In this document: positions 25,220 to 61,300 of the stretch, in pieces
How positions within the stretch are numbered: the first letter of the stretch is position 1
Layout: each line of letters begins with the position of its first letter
Assembly: GCF_964355755.1 (NCBI RefSeq)
Contig: NC_092676.1
Location: forward strand, 26,182,871-26,246,870
Direction: 5' to 3'
Origin: Antedon mediterranea
Taxonomy: Eukaryota > Animalia > Echinodermata
Length of the DNA stretch: 64,000 nt
Translations under genes and position numbers: made by a program
The notes under the pieces: generated by a model
Told to the model about the DNA's origin: nothing
Databases searched by the model: none
Seen by the model: the letters and a program-made list of their open reading frames with translations, nothing else

Positions 25220-25252
25220 CATGGAGGTATAATAATTAATAGTACCTCCATG
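25220..25252. other. Short CATGGAG palindrome with 7-bp TSD (probable P-element footprint)
   Basis: GTTGGCC|CATGGAGGTATAATAATTAATAGTACCTCCATG|GTTGGCC. Confidence 0.65.
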
Positions 25253-26185
25253 GTTGGCCTACAAACTTTCGAATACAGTATTATTTCATATATATTTTTA
25301 TTGTTAAAAAATAAAAAAATATAAAATATATATACGTACCTTATAGGGAGCAACGCGTATTTAGATGAAAAGTAATGTAGCACCACCAACACAACCAACT
25401 TCCACAAAGAGCGCGCTCTAAGTGCGCCTACTCAATACTGAGTCGTCTGAAGTTTTTACTTAGGTAAGAAATTCTGAACGAGCGATGGCGCTATTTATCT
25501 CACAGGTTAATTTTTTTTATTGAAAAAAAAACGATAATTAAGCATTTTAGCTGAACTAGGACCCTAGTAGATTGAATTAATTGAATAAATAAAAGAAACT
25601 ATAAATGTCTCACAAACGTGTATATTTAAATTCTTAACAAATCAGTCAGTTCACAAAACAAGTTAAACGATAGAATTTTATTTTATATTTTTGGAAAATA
25701 TTTGACAGTTTATTAATGATATATATATTTATTACGTACAGCAGCTATGTATTAATAATATATTAATATGACTGAACCATTCTATTTTATATCATGTAAA
25801 ACAATAGTTGAAGTTTGTACTTGAAAAACATCAACATTAAGGATTCACTGCAAATGAAATAGTATCCAATCTCAACAAAATAGTTCTTATTTACATATTC
25901 TTAGAATTTAACATTTACACATTTAAGAAAATATCACATTCAATTAGAATCATTTAAAAACAAGTGTAATAACAATATTAAAAATTCAAAGTATTAAGGA
26001 AATATTATTAAGTAAGTAATCATATAAATATTATATTTACAAAGGGTCAAGGTGATTTAGCAGCAAACAATTAAATGAGGATCATATATCAGTAAGTATA
26101 TTGATATAATATTTTTAAAAGGTTCAATGTGTTTTAGCCTAGCATTTGATGAGAATTATGTTATGTGTTTAATGGAATATTGATG

Positions 26186-26475
26186 TAATAAAATGGATTA
26201 TTCCATTATTATCAGGGGTGATGTACTACTAATACTATGATAATAATGGCATGTATATGATTATCCAGGTAAGTATTCACAAAATAATATTATATTGTTT
26301 ACCAAACACAGTATTTTAGTTGTTATAATATTTTGTGTTTAATGGTATTTAATAAAATGGATTATTCCATTATTATCAGGGGTGATGTACTACTAATACT
26401 ATGAAAATAATGGCATGTATAGGATTATCCAGGTAAGTATTCACAAAATAAAATATTATATTCTTTACCAAACAT
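26186..26475. repeat. Tandem duplication, period ~164 bp, downstream of the SPAG17 stop
   Basis: TAATAAAATGGATTATTCCATTATTATCAGGGGTGATGTACTACTAATACTATGA... occurs at about 26186 and 26350. Confidence 0.85.
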
Positions 26476-26651
26476 AGCAGTTTTGTTATTCTATTTATTA
26501 TGAAGAAAAATAAAGTTTCTTGTGTATTGTAATTTACAAATCAAATATTTACAAAAGGAAAAAACAGTGTTTTAATAGTTTTTGACATTTATTAGTCTTT
26601 ATCTGGATTCAAATAGTAAACTGTGTGACTGGAGAGCTGAAAGATGGATGC

Positions 26652-48654
<22,003 letters not shown>

Positions 48655-49557
48655 AATTATTGGGAATTATCAGTCACACATTTATGAATAAATCTATTAA
48701 AAATTCATAAATGATTGGACAGACCACCCCACCGTTGAACTACTGCTGTACGTTGCTAAGCTTCAGTTTTTGTTGCTGCATGCTTAACTAATTGATTAGG
48801 TAGAGGGCGCAATCATGAATTTTAGGAACATTATGAAAAACCCGATATTGCGATATAAAGGTATATACATTATCTTAGACTTGCCCCAAGTCTGTATTAT
48901 CTTTTTTTTTAATTTATTTGTTTTTATTTCGACCGCGATTTTTGTCTGAAAATACAAAATCAAGTAGTATACGTATGAAACGCCATATGTGCCAACATAT
49001 TTATCTTTTTACTAATATTAAGACAAAACTCCGTCTGGAACACAGACTAACATTATCTTGACAAACACTGTCAATCTTTACGAACGTAATCCATAATGCT
49101 GATACTGCGCATTTCAAAGGCTTTCTAAATAGAAAATAGACCTCTGCTGTTTTGAGTTATATTGAAGTAGATAACTTCAAAGCGCAAGCACCATGCATTA
49201 ATTAGAGTTAAAAGGGTTAATTTATGTGAATGAATATCGCTCGTGCGTCTTTGCGAAATTTAACAGTAATTCTTTGTAGATACAATTCTTCCTGAATATG
49301 ATGATATGTGCTGGCGCAGATTCACATTCAGACACGGTGGACCAGATTTTAGGAAGTTGCTTTTTGACATGGTACACTAAATCGCTACCTAATTGACCAA
49401 TCACCAACGACGTCCCTCGGATTAAATCACTCATTGTCATCACTGCGCCGCCGCAGAACATAACGCTTATTATTACTACTGATAACATTATACTGTACCA
49501 TAGTGCAAAATACAGTACACATTGTAGTAACATACCCATAGCTTTGCGAAAGTAATC
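48655..49557. promoter_or_regulatory. Divergent (head-to-head) promoter region between SPAG17 and the monoamine oxidase
   Basis: About 0.9 kb separates the two ATGs. It contains an RFX half-site-like GTTGCTAAG (~48752), AGAGGGCGC (~48802) and a CCAAT box (TGACCAATCA, ~49394). The motif calls are weak. Confidence 0.5.
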
Positions 49558-52500
49558 ATGGCAGAAACAAAAGACGTTATCGTTATCGGAGGCGGAATTA
49601 GCGGTAGGTATAGTTTGTATGTGAGTTGCACCGTTTGTACATCTAGGCCTACTGAACAATGGTACATTACTGAATGTAAAGCAGCTACAGGCTATTTTCA
49701 TATCACACTAGTGACTAGTACTACATGATTATGCAACATGCATACGTGATTGTGTAATGTATGTTGTACGCTACTTTAATTTTATCACAGGCTATAAATC
49801 AATCCGACATTCGACGTCACATAATTATACCAGTGTGAATCATCCGCGCGTATAATACTGTATATCCAGCTAACGTATTACATTTTACGTATATTTCCAT
49901 TTGGCCTAATTATATGCCTACTATGACTAGGCAATTCATGGATTCATTCTGCAGAATAGGCATTTAACATCATTAAAACTAGAACATCTGCAAGTTGTTT
50001 ATTTTGGTGTTCTAGATGTTCGGAACTATGTGGTTTATATAGGTCGAAGTGTTGACACCACATTGGGTGGAAGTCAATAATAGGTTCCCTGGATAGCAGT
50101 ATTCATTGTCACCTGATTTTATGTCTGGATTGAACATATTGACATGAGATAAAGTGATAGTCGAAATCAATTTGGTAACGAAGAAAAAATGCATATTAAA
50201 AGCCTCAACTTTTGGTCAATATGTTCCATTTTATGGACCCTTAGGGCGTCCGGATTCAGTAACCTTGTTGTAGGCTTACCTTTAATTTAAAATAAATTAA
50301 AATAAAATAAATAAAGTATATATAGGATGATGGTTGTGTAAATGTTTGATACGGGAACTTATCATGGACCTATTCAGTCTGTCAACAAATACTAAGTCCA
50401 TAAATGTCGAATAAAATATATCGATCATCGGTTAATTTTGTTTACTTAGTGGGTTTACTGTTTCTACATGGGATCTTGGAAACTTGCCAAAATGAATACT
50501 TTGCAGTGTTTTTTCACTTTATTAAAACATAGTCTATTGACTATGATTAAAATAAATCACAGTCGAAAAATACGCTATACGCATAAACTTGACCAATCAC
50601 AAGCGACGGATTATCTTTGAAACTGTCGCTTGTGATTGGTCAAAATACTTTAGTTGTGCGCACGTCATTTGTTGCGTCTCGTTGTAGGAAACAAACAAAA
50701 CGCCATAGAAATTGCATTAAATTATGAACTTTGTACTTTAAATATTATATATTATGAAGGAAATGAATATTAATATGAAATGAAATGTTCGGTCAGGTTG
50801 AGAACATTAACAATTATGATAATTGTTATCACCAATGACCTTTGACTTCATAATAATTGTTTCCATGTTATATTATTAGGATCAACATCCTCATTGTCTT
50901 CATAACATGCTAGTCATCATCACCATCATATCCGATCCTTTGACCACCACATAACATAATTAACCAATGTGTTAGGTCTAAGCACCGTTACAGCTGCCAA
51001 TACATAACAATCACTGTTGTATTCCTGTCACTCAACAATCAGAAATCTGTCATTAGGCGAAACTAAACAATTAATAGTTTATTTAATTACTACACAATTC
51101 CCTTTATCCTTTGTTTCAATTATAATTGCCATTATGTGCTGTAGTATTGTTCGGCCATGGAGAATTGTTCATGTTTCATAGACATTATTGATTGAGAGAC
51201 AGCGAGTGATAATCTCTTTAAATCAATATTTGGACACATACAAGTTTGGGGGGGGGGGGGGGTCATGATGATATGATAACATTGCTTGGTAGGCCTACAA
51301 AAAATGTTTTGCAAAAATGAGAATTTATCAAAACTCGAATAGGCCTAAAATTTGATTAATATTAGGAGCGACGAAAGTTGCGATCCATCATGGACAAGCG
51401 AATCCGTGTATTGGTTCCCACTAGGACATGTATTGCAAAGACGTAATCACAAGGCAAATGAGTTAACCAATGACAAAGCGACAGTTCGGATAATCCATTG
51501 CGTTTACGTATTTGCGTTGCGTCCTAGTATGGGGAGCTATACAAAACATTGAAGTAGCCTATTAGTCGACAAGTTGTCCATGTATTAATTTTATCAAAGA
51601 ATATTATAATATCCTTTGATTTTACCTAATAGAGACAGAACCGAATCCCCACTCCAACCTACTTTACTATTATATTTTCGTTTGAAGGTTTGCATGGCGA
51701 AATCAAATGTTGATATAAATTTTGCGGTACAGCACGTGTATTACTTCTGAAAAGAACTGTTTCGATCAATATACTTTGATCGTCCTCAGGAGTGAGAATG
51801 TTATATTTTCATTTCTATTTAAAGGGCTGTGTGCTGCTAAGCTGCTTGCCGAGAGCGGCGTTGATGTTTTGGTATTGGAAGCACGTGACAGAGTTGGTGG
51901 GCGCACGCACACAATGAGGGTAAATCAATAATAATGATAATCATTGAAAAAAAAACTAAATTGATAAAGCTTGGTTCTAAAGCTCTGTCTACACTATCAA
52001 ACTTTATGTGACAAACAAATGTGATGTGCCCATATATGGACATGATGATGTCATATCACTACCATATTTAAGCATACACTTTTTTTTGTCAAACTAGTTT
52101 GATAGTAGTGTAGACAGAGCTTATAACCTGGACTAAACCATTTCCTCCATGATGCTAACTAGGCGACGCAATACGATGTTTTATTAAATATATTGTTGAT
52201 AAAAAATGATGATATTGATGAGAGAAGGATGAGGTTGATAATTTTAATAAATGATATACAATAATTTGAATTTTTAAATTTTGATTTTTGTAACTTAGGA
52301 TTCTTCAGTGGGTGGATATGTTGATCTGGGTGGCTCATACGTTGGACGCACACAAGATCGTCTGCTAAGAGTAGCAAAAGAGCTAGGCATTGAAAGTTAC
52401 CCAATTGACGAGAACGCTAAGATATCGTGGGTACAGGATGTAAGATAACTTTTTTGGTGTATTTTTAGGTTAAATTGCAGTTGTGCGAGACTGAGTTCAG

Positions 52501-55500
52501 TAATCAAATAAATATTGAAACACTTTAACCATCAGGACAAAAGTTAGATATTTAATGCCGAAATGGTTACAGATGAGGCCATGTTATATACAATATATTA
52601 TACTATACATTTCGGAAACATGCTGAACGTTTTGTACTTTTTAAAGTAGTTTTATATCAGCTGCTGCTTACGGATTTTTTCGAGAGCTTTTCCAACTTTC
52701 GTAAGTCCTTGATTAACACCGAATGTTTAAGGTGATGTCATGGTGATGTCATGTTTAAGGTGACATTCGGCAACATTATTCACGACATTTGTAAAAGCAG
52801 TAGGTGATATAAACTATAAATAATATAATAAATAATATATTATATGCTTTCAATATTTGTAATATTAATTATTCACGATATAAATAATATTCATAGATTA
52901 TCTACTATGTCCACAGGGTAGAGTTTATCCATTCAAAGGATCATTCCCAACGTTTTACAACCCTCTCGTATGGATGGATATCAACCAAGTGATTCGAGGA
53001 ATCGACAGCCTTGGTGAAAAGGTAACTATTTAACACTACCATTGCAATAATCGTGAATATTACTGTACCATGGCCATGTTACCGTACCATGTCCATGTTA
53101 CCGTACCATGGCCATGTTACCGTACCATGACCATGGACCCGTACCATGAACATGGACCATGGCCATGTTACCGTACCATTACCATGTTACCGTACCATGG
53201 CCATGTTACCGTACCATTTGACCATGGCCATGTTACCGTACTATTTGACCATGGCAATGTTACCGTACCATGACCATGTTACCGTATTATTCAACATTAT
53301 GCCGCCATCATCATCATCATCATCATTATAACAATCAACCATCATCAGTATTGTCATAATCATTACACATAGTTTCGTAATTATTATTATTATTATTATT
53401 ATTATTGTTATTATTATTATTATTATTATTGTTGTTGACACTTTATTTCGTATTCAGATTCCATCTGCTGATCCTTGGGATTGTCCTGACGCTGAAGAAT
53501 TGGATAACACTTTAATGCAAGATTGGATTGATAAGAATACATTGACAAAGTTAGTAAACGGAAACGAATAAGTAAAAGAAACGAAAGAAAAAAAAGAAAA
53601 AATAGAGTAGACATAGATATCGAATATGGGAAAAAAACAATGGATGAATAGAAAAAGGGACGAATAGACAAAATGTCAATGAAAGAACTGTTACACTTAT
53701 CTTCACCATATTTTTTTTTAAAGAACTGGTAATGACTTCTGTAAGACTATCTGTCAGTTAATTGTTACATCTCAGGCGACTGAAATGTCAGTGTTGTTTG
53801 TTGCATGGTACATAAAGCAATGTGGGGGATTTGTGAGAATAATATCAACTAAATTTGGCGGACAGGTGAGTAGTCAAAATATGACACCTTCGGGAACCAA
53901 CAACAAAACAGCAAATGTCCCCTTAAATAACAGTGTTTCTTTGAACTGACCCGATAGTCGGTTCACATCATGAATGTGTCCTCTTCACAGGCTAGGCCGA
54001 GTGTCCCCTGATAGGAGGGTCCCAATGAGGGGTTCTGTTGCATTGTTTAGTACGGTAAGTAATTAATTATTACTATAAAACCTACAATCAGTTCAAGTTT
54101 ATTGTTTCACACAATACAATACAATATGATAATACAGAAACATAAATTAATAAATATAATTGTGTGAGGAGGACGCATTAAGCCAAGGCTTTAAGTTTGG
54201 TCCTCCAGTAATCAGTAATCGTTGTAAAAAATATAATTCATACAATAATTCTAACACAGAAAGTGGCTTTTTTCAATTTTTTACAGGAGAAGAAATTCAT
54301 AGGTGGATCGCAACAGATTTCAATCGGACTTATGAACAAGATTGGAAAGGAGCGCGTCATATTAGATAGCCCAGTATACTCACTCGACCAATCAGGAGAC
54401 GTAGCTGTTATCAAAACATTGAATGAAAAGACTTACAAAGTAAGCAAACTTAGTTGAAAATACTATAACACTGCTGTATTCGATTGGGACTTTACCGTTG
54501 AGTATAGCTTTTCCGTTAAGTACTTATATAACCGAGTATTTTGAGCGTTGAGATTGTTCTTAACGAAAACGCTTGAGTTGATAATTGTAAACATAATAAC
54601 GGACCCTGGTTACAGATTTAAAAAAAACAAGTATATATCGGGTATCAGTAGGTCTATATAATTATGTTAGTTTGTACGATAACGTCCACATATTCTCAAG
54701 TTACCATTCTCAGGAAGAAGGGATTGCATCCTTCCTGAAAAAAAGTCAATAGGTCTATACATTGTTCACTTGTTTTTACTAGTATTCATTCATTGCTAGT
54801 TTGTCAAAAAACGTTATCGATTAATTTCCGAGCGCTTGATTTATTTTTTTTTTCATTTCCAGGCGAAACATGTAATTATAGCGATGTCACCAGGTTTAAC
54901 GCAAAAGATTCATTTTAACCCTCCACTGCCACCGCTCCGAAACCAGCTTGCCGCGCGCAGTCCGATGGGCTCGGTAATAAAGTGTATGGTCTATTACAAG
55001 ACTGACTTCTGGAGAGATAGAGGTAGGTATTATAATTCTTATTAACAACTCGCTATTAAGATTCACTTTTGCCTATATATAACAACATATTGAATTGAGA
55101 CCCAGTCAACTATGTCTCGTAGAACTGCTAATTATAATATTGATAACTTGTTCGTTTTTAGGGTACTGTGGTTCTTCGTGGAGTATCGATCCTGATCTGC
55201 CAGTAGAGTGGTCATTGGATGACACCAAACCGGATGGAAGTGCGCCAGCTTTAGTCACGTGAGTCAATACGTACCTCATTAATATAGGCTTTAGTGTATA
55301 GTGCTAACCGAATATTATAAGCTTTTCATTCATATATGATTCATTATAACATGGGCCTGGGAGGGAATTCAATGTGTGTTTCTACTAGGAAGGACGATAC
55401 ACTTTAACCTTATTTTTTTTAAATTTCTTTTAGATTTATAACCGCAAACAAGGCTAGAAAGTTTTGTCAGCTTACAGAAAATGAACGGTAACGTGTTTTT

Positions 55501-57110
55501 GTATTATCACGTGATATATTAAAAGATTGTGATTGTTGTAAATGGAACGAAAGAAAGCTAAAAGTATAATTTTGATATCGAACAAATTTGAACGTCATTC
55601 ACAGCAATTGTCATTTTAAAATCAATCAATCTTGTAACAAACGACAATCTAATAATAGTGGGTTCAAATTTCGACAACCGCACATTTCGAAACCAAATTA
55701 TGTGACGATAGAGAGGGCGCTCTACTAAAATTTCTTGTAATTTTTTTTAACTAGACGTGATAAATTGTGTCGATATTTTGCAAAAGTTTTTGGCACCGAT
55801 GAAGCAATGCATGTAAGTGAATTCTTGTAAATTATATCGTCTTTATAATTATAATATTATATAATTATCAAAATTATTATCAGCGGTGACGTCATTCGTC
55901 ACCAGCGCGTGGCGTTGATTAAAAAATGACAAACTTATTTTATTTTTAGCCAATTAACTACGTAGAGAAAAACTGGATGGCAGAAGCGTATTCAGCGGGT
56001 TGTTACACAACTATATTCCAGCCAGGAACTCTTTACCAATACGGCAGGTAATTTAGCTCTTTTTTACAACTTAAGCTCTGTCTACACTATCAAACTGTAA
56101 TGTGACAAAAACATGTGATGTGCCCTAATATAGTATTAAAATGCCCAAATATGGTAGTGATATGACATCATCATGTTCATATATGGACACATCACATGTT
56201 TTTGTCACAGTTTGATAGTGTAGACAGATCTTAACCCATGGGGCTGCACAGTAGAGCAACAATCTTAAAATCTACTTTCAGAGAATTAAGAAGGATAGTC
56301 GGCTGTATACACTTTGCAGGTACGGAAACGGCTAGTAAATGGTCTGGTTATATGGACGGAGCTGTTGAATCTGGTGAACGTGCCGCTAGAGAGGTATTCA
56401 ATCGCACATTTAATAATATGTCTGTTATACTTTTGTTGTGTGATTATGATATTATTAGATAATTATCAATTAATTGTTGACTTTATAGATACTTTATGAT
56501 ATGGGAAAGTTACCGAAATCCATGATTTGGCAAGACGAACCAGAAACAAAGGTAAGAGAAGAAAAACCTTTCCCGAGTGTTTCCCGAGTACTACTGTACA
56601 ATTTAGACGGACGATCGAGCGGTAACGATATACAATCTATGCTATTCCTTATATTATTATGATCATTTAAACACAACGCGCGCGAAGCGGACGAGAGGCT
56701 TCCGGTCGCTCAGGATGGGTAGATACAGACGTTTGACAAGCTACGCGGTTTTCCGCTTACCTTTACCGCTCGTCTGTGTAAATTGGCTTTTAAGTTGCGT
56801 ATTCCTATGAATAGGCCTATATAAAGTATGGGACGCCAAATGCGTCGTACTCAAGCTGTAACAGCCTATATAAAGTATTTTAACCGTACTGTAAAACTTA
56901 ATCAGCTGTTATTTACTTTTTTAAAGTGTTATACTGCTTGAATGTATTATTCTTATTTTTTAGGACTATCCAGCGATTCCATTTCCGAAGTCGTTCGTAG
57001 AAAGAAACGCCCCGACGGCTCGCGGTTTTGTACGTTTTGTTACCAGGACAACGTTTTGGACGGCTGCCGTTGCCGGTGGAGTTTGGCTTTACAAACATTT
57101 AAATAAATAA
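49558..57110 (+). CDS. MAO: Amine oxidase [flavin-containing], monoamine oxidase A/B-like, 520 aa, 15 exons, intact
   Basis: Exons 49558-49603, 51825-51919, 52299-52439, 52917-53021, 53458-53549, 53724-53865, 54287-54439, 54863-55022, 55162-55258, 55434-55487, 55755-55812, 55950-56047, 56282-56393, 56489-56551 and 56964-57110 (1563 nt). Motifs: [22 protein letters not shown] (FAD-linking Cys), [21 protein letters not shown], and a C-terminal anchor helix. Confidence 0.95.
53065..53430. repeat. 19-bp minisatellite followed by (CAT)n and (ATT)n microsatellites in MAO intron 4
   Basis: (CCATGGCCATGTTACCGTA)n at about 53065-53286; absent from the corresponding intron of copy 2. Confidence 0.9.
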
Positions 57111-57463
57111 AACAACTGGATGTTGTTCCGGATTAACTGGATTTATACTCGTTGTTTCTGAATCATTTGATTGAAAATAATATGTCTACTAAATCTAATC
57201 TCTTCTAAACAATAGATGAACTCTATTTCGCATTATCTTCTTTGATAATTTTTGTTAAATTAGTAGAACTATGAGATTCCTTAAAAATTCATCGTCTGCA
57301 AGGTAAATTGTTATCTCACGCTATTATGTCATCAATTATGTATCATCGTTTATCATCTTGCTCGTCAATCGACATTATAGGTACGGCGCACTCACAAACC
57401 GTAGCCTAACGTCATGATCCAGCTTAACGAAGAGGCCTGAGGCCCCTGGTTTAGGAAACCTTA

Positions 57464-57641
57464 AGCGTGGTTCCCACTACCGACGCAACACAAGGACGTA
57501 ACGCAACGCAAGTGAATTGACCAATCACAAGCGATGGCTTATTCGCTTGTGAATGATAACTGTCTATAAATTCGCTTGTCATTGGTTAAAACGCTTGCGT
57601 TGCGTTTACGTCCTTGCGTTACGTTCTAGTGGGAACCAAGC
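57464..57641. mobile_element. PIF/Harbinger-like MITE family B (representative)
   Basis: TTA|AGCGTGGTTCCCACTA...TAGTGGGAACCAAGCT|TTA. Other copies lie at about 60267-60425, 62662-62840, 63856-63999, 39525, 46037-46147, 51410 and 59467. Confidence 0.8.
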
Positions 57642-58354
57642 TTTAACTGCCTCTCCAAGTTCAAACGCTGGAGGCCTTGGGTATTTTTAGCCTTTTCGGC
57701 ATATTTTAATTTTCATGTGGGCATTGCTCATGGGTTTAGCCAGTGAACGCTCACATAGCCGTTAGTAGGCCTACGCCACTGACGTCATCGTCATCGGGAA
57801 GCTTGATCTCAGGGTTTCTATTGTATAAAGTGTGGTTTATCAATGGTTATAATAACTGTACAATATACGTACGTATAATACTGATCAAGGCACATAAAAT
57901 AGACCTCTGCTGTTTGAGTAATATTGAAGTAGAAAACTTCAATGCGCACTTGCACCATCCATTAGGCCAGTTTAAAAGCGGGTTAATTTATGTGAATATA
58001 AATAAATATTTTTTCTTTCTGTGAAAATGTGACGTGTATGCGCACGTGCGAAAAAAGAGTAATACTTTGTAGCTATAATCCCTTCTGAATATGATGGTAT
58101 GCGCTGACGCAAACATCCCGTATACCAAAAGGACCAGATTTGGCGAGAAAGTGCTTATTGTCATAATGGTACACTAAATCGCTACCTAATTGACCAATCA
58201 CCAACGACGTCCCTCGGATTAAATCACTCATTGTCATCACTGCGCCGCCGCAGAACATAACGCTTATTATTACTACTGATAACATTATACTGTACCATAG
58301 TGCAAAATACAGTACACATTGTAGTAACATACCCATAGCTTTGCGAAAGTAATC

Positions 58355-61300
58355 ATGGCAGAAACAAAAGACGTTATCGTTATCGGAGGCGGAATTAGCG
58401 GTAGGTATAGTTTGTATGTGAGTTGCACCGTTTCTATATCTAGGCCTACTGAACAATGTTACATTACTGAATGTAAAGCAGCTACAGGCTAACTTCATTT
58501 CATATCATCATTTCACACTAGTACTATATGATTATGCAACATGCATACGTGATTGTGTAATGCATATTGTACGCTACTTTCTGTAGGCTTACTATTAATT
58601 TAAAATAAATTCTAATAAACTAAATAAAGTATAGGATGAAGGTTGTGTAAATGTTTGATACGGGAACTTATCATGGACCTATTCAGTCTGTCAACAAATA
58701 CAAAGTCCTTTTCTGTCTAAGTCCAGACATGTCGAATAAAATATATCGATCGTCGGTTTATTTTGTTTACTTAGGAGGTTTACTGTTTCTACATGGGATC
58801 TTGGATAACTTGCCCAAATGAATAGGCTACTTTGCTGTGTTTTTTCACTTTATTAAAATAAATCACAGTTGAAAAATACGAAACGCATTAACTTGACCAA
58901 TCACGAGCGACGGATTATCTTTGAAACTGTCGCTTGTGATTGGTCAAAATACTTTAATTGTACGCACGTAATTTGTTGCGTTGCGGTGTAGGAAATTGTC
59001 TTCATAACATACCAGTGTTCACCATCATGTCCGATCCTTTGACCACATAACGTAATTAACCAATGTGTTTAGGCCTAAGCACCGTTATAGCTTGCAAATA
59101 CTTCCTGTCACTCAACAATCAGAAATCTGTCATTAGGCGAAACTAAACAATTAATGATTATTTTAATTACTACACAATTCCCTTTGTCCTATGTTTCAAT
59201 TATAATTGCCATTATTTACTGTAGTATTGTTCGGCCATGGAGAATTTCGACATGGTTCTCTGCATAGACGTTAATGATTTCAGAGGGGAAGCGAATGATA
59301 ACAAGTTCAAGGTCATGATGTTATGATAACATTGCTTTGTAGGCCTACAAAAATGTTTTTGTAAAAACGAGTAACAAGCCTCTATCAAAACTCGTATAGG
59401 CCTAAAATGTTATATTAGGAGAAGAAAGTACGGTGATAAGACAAACGAATCCATGATGTATAAAGTTGGTTCCCACTTGGATGTATCGCAAGAACGTAAG
59501 TTGCATGACCAATGACAAAGCGACAGTTCGGATCACCCATGGCGCTTACGTCCTTGCGTAGCGTTTTAGTTGTGGGAACTACTAGGCCTACAACACAATG
59601 TATGTATGCCATAGTATAAGTATAGCCTAGTTGAATTTTGATAATAATGATAATAATAAACTTTTATAGAGCGCTAAAAGACCAACAAGAATGATTAAAA
59701 AAGGTTATATTTTAGAAGTGACTTGAATTGCTTAAGAGATTTATATTGACGGATATAGAGTAGAAGCTGGTTCCAAACTAGTGGCGCGCGTGCAAAAAAA
59801 AACCCCTTAAACAAGTTGTCCATGTATTCATTTTGACAAAGATTAAATTTTAATATATTCTCTGATTTAAAAGAAATAAAGATCATTACCGAATCCCCAA
59901 TCCAACCTACTTATTATATTTTCATTTTTATTGAAAGGGCTGTGTGCTGCTAAGCTGCTTGCCGAGAGCGGCGTTGATGTTCTAGTATTGGAAGCACGTG
60001 ACAGAGTCGGTGGGCGCACCCACACAATGAAGGTAAATCGATAATAATGATACTATTAAGAAAAGACAATAAACAAAACAATATTATTATTTCACTTTAT
60101 ATGAAACCACATAAAATAAATTACAGATCGTGACCAAATGCCAAATTTAAATTAATTTTTCCAAAAATATGAATACCGTAACTAAATTCACAAAAATATT
60201 AATAGGAACCATACTAAAGCTTGGTTCCAACATGTATAAACTATACTTCCTCCATTGTACCAGTTAAGCTTGGTTCCCACTGGGACGAACGCAAGGACGT
60301 AAACGCAACGCAAGCGTGTTGACCAATCACACGCGACAGTTCGCATAATCCATCCAGGGAGTCCATCGCTTGTGATTGGTCAAATCACTTACTTTGCGTT
60401 ACGTCCTTGTTGTGGGAACCAAGCTTTACAAGAGCACGCAATAAGACGTTTTATTAAAGACATTTTTTAATGATGATTGATAAGAGAAAGATGATACTTA
60501 GCTGGTAACAGTTTCTGTTTGAAAATAATTAAAAAATATAAAATAATTGTAATTGTTTTAATTTAGGATTCTTCAGTGGGTGGATACGTTGATCTGGGTG
60601 GCTCATACGTTGGACGCACACAAGACCGTGTGCTAAGAGTAGCAAAAGAGCTAGGCATTGAAAGTTACCCAATTGACGAAGACGCTAGATATCCTGGTTA
60701 CAGGATGTAAGATTAACAGGGCCGTAGCCAGAATCTGTCAAGGGGGGGGGGGGGGGGGGTTCGGACACTAAATATTTGGGTCAACCCCCCTCCCCCTGGG
60801 GTGGGGCCTGATGCAAAGCGAATTTTGTTAAATGACACCCCTAGATGGCCGGAAAAGACACTCTCGTGCAGCATGCTATATAACCAATGAGCAAAAAGAT
60901 CGTACTTTTTTCCTCCTCCTCAAACACGTCGATAATTTAAATGACGATAACTATTTGTTGCCGTATGTTAGATGCGCGTGCTCTGTGCGGAACCGCCGAT
61001 TGTTTGATCATTAACTCCGTATTTTGTTTTGCGTTCAAGTTCAATGCGAACGTATATCTAGGAGCAGCCCCGAAAAAAGCACACTGGATGAAGGCAAATG
61101 CTATTTGCTAGCTGCTCTATCTATAATATTTATTTACAGCAATTTGTCGAGGAATATAAATATGTAAATAGGTGATATTGATACATTTTAGTAGGTATCG
61201 GCTGGTGGTCTAGAAAAAAATAATCGGATGCCATAATGTGAACTACAGTACTTGATACCATAGATATTATAGTGTAAAATATTAATATTCACTATAATCC

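Noticed and set aside
49222-49701. 159-aa minus-strand ORF and its 141-aa twin at 58073-58498
   Set aside because: They are antisense shadows of the duplicated MAO promoter and exon 1; their similarity is explained by the duplication.
53070-53441. Short ORFs with repetitive or poly-Ile translations
   Set aside because: They are translations of intronic mini- and microsatellites.
56552-57110. MAO copy 1 initially seemed to lack its C-terminal membrane anchor
   Set aside because: The terminal exon is at 56964-57110 ([18 protein letters not shown]...[11 protein letters not shown]).
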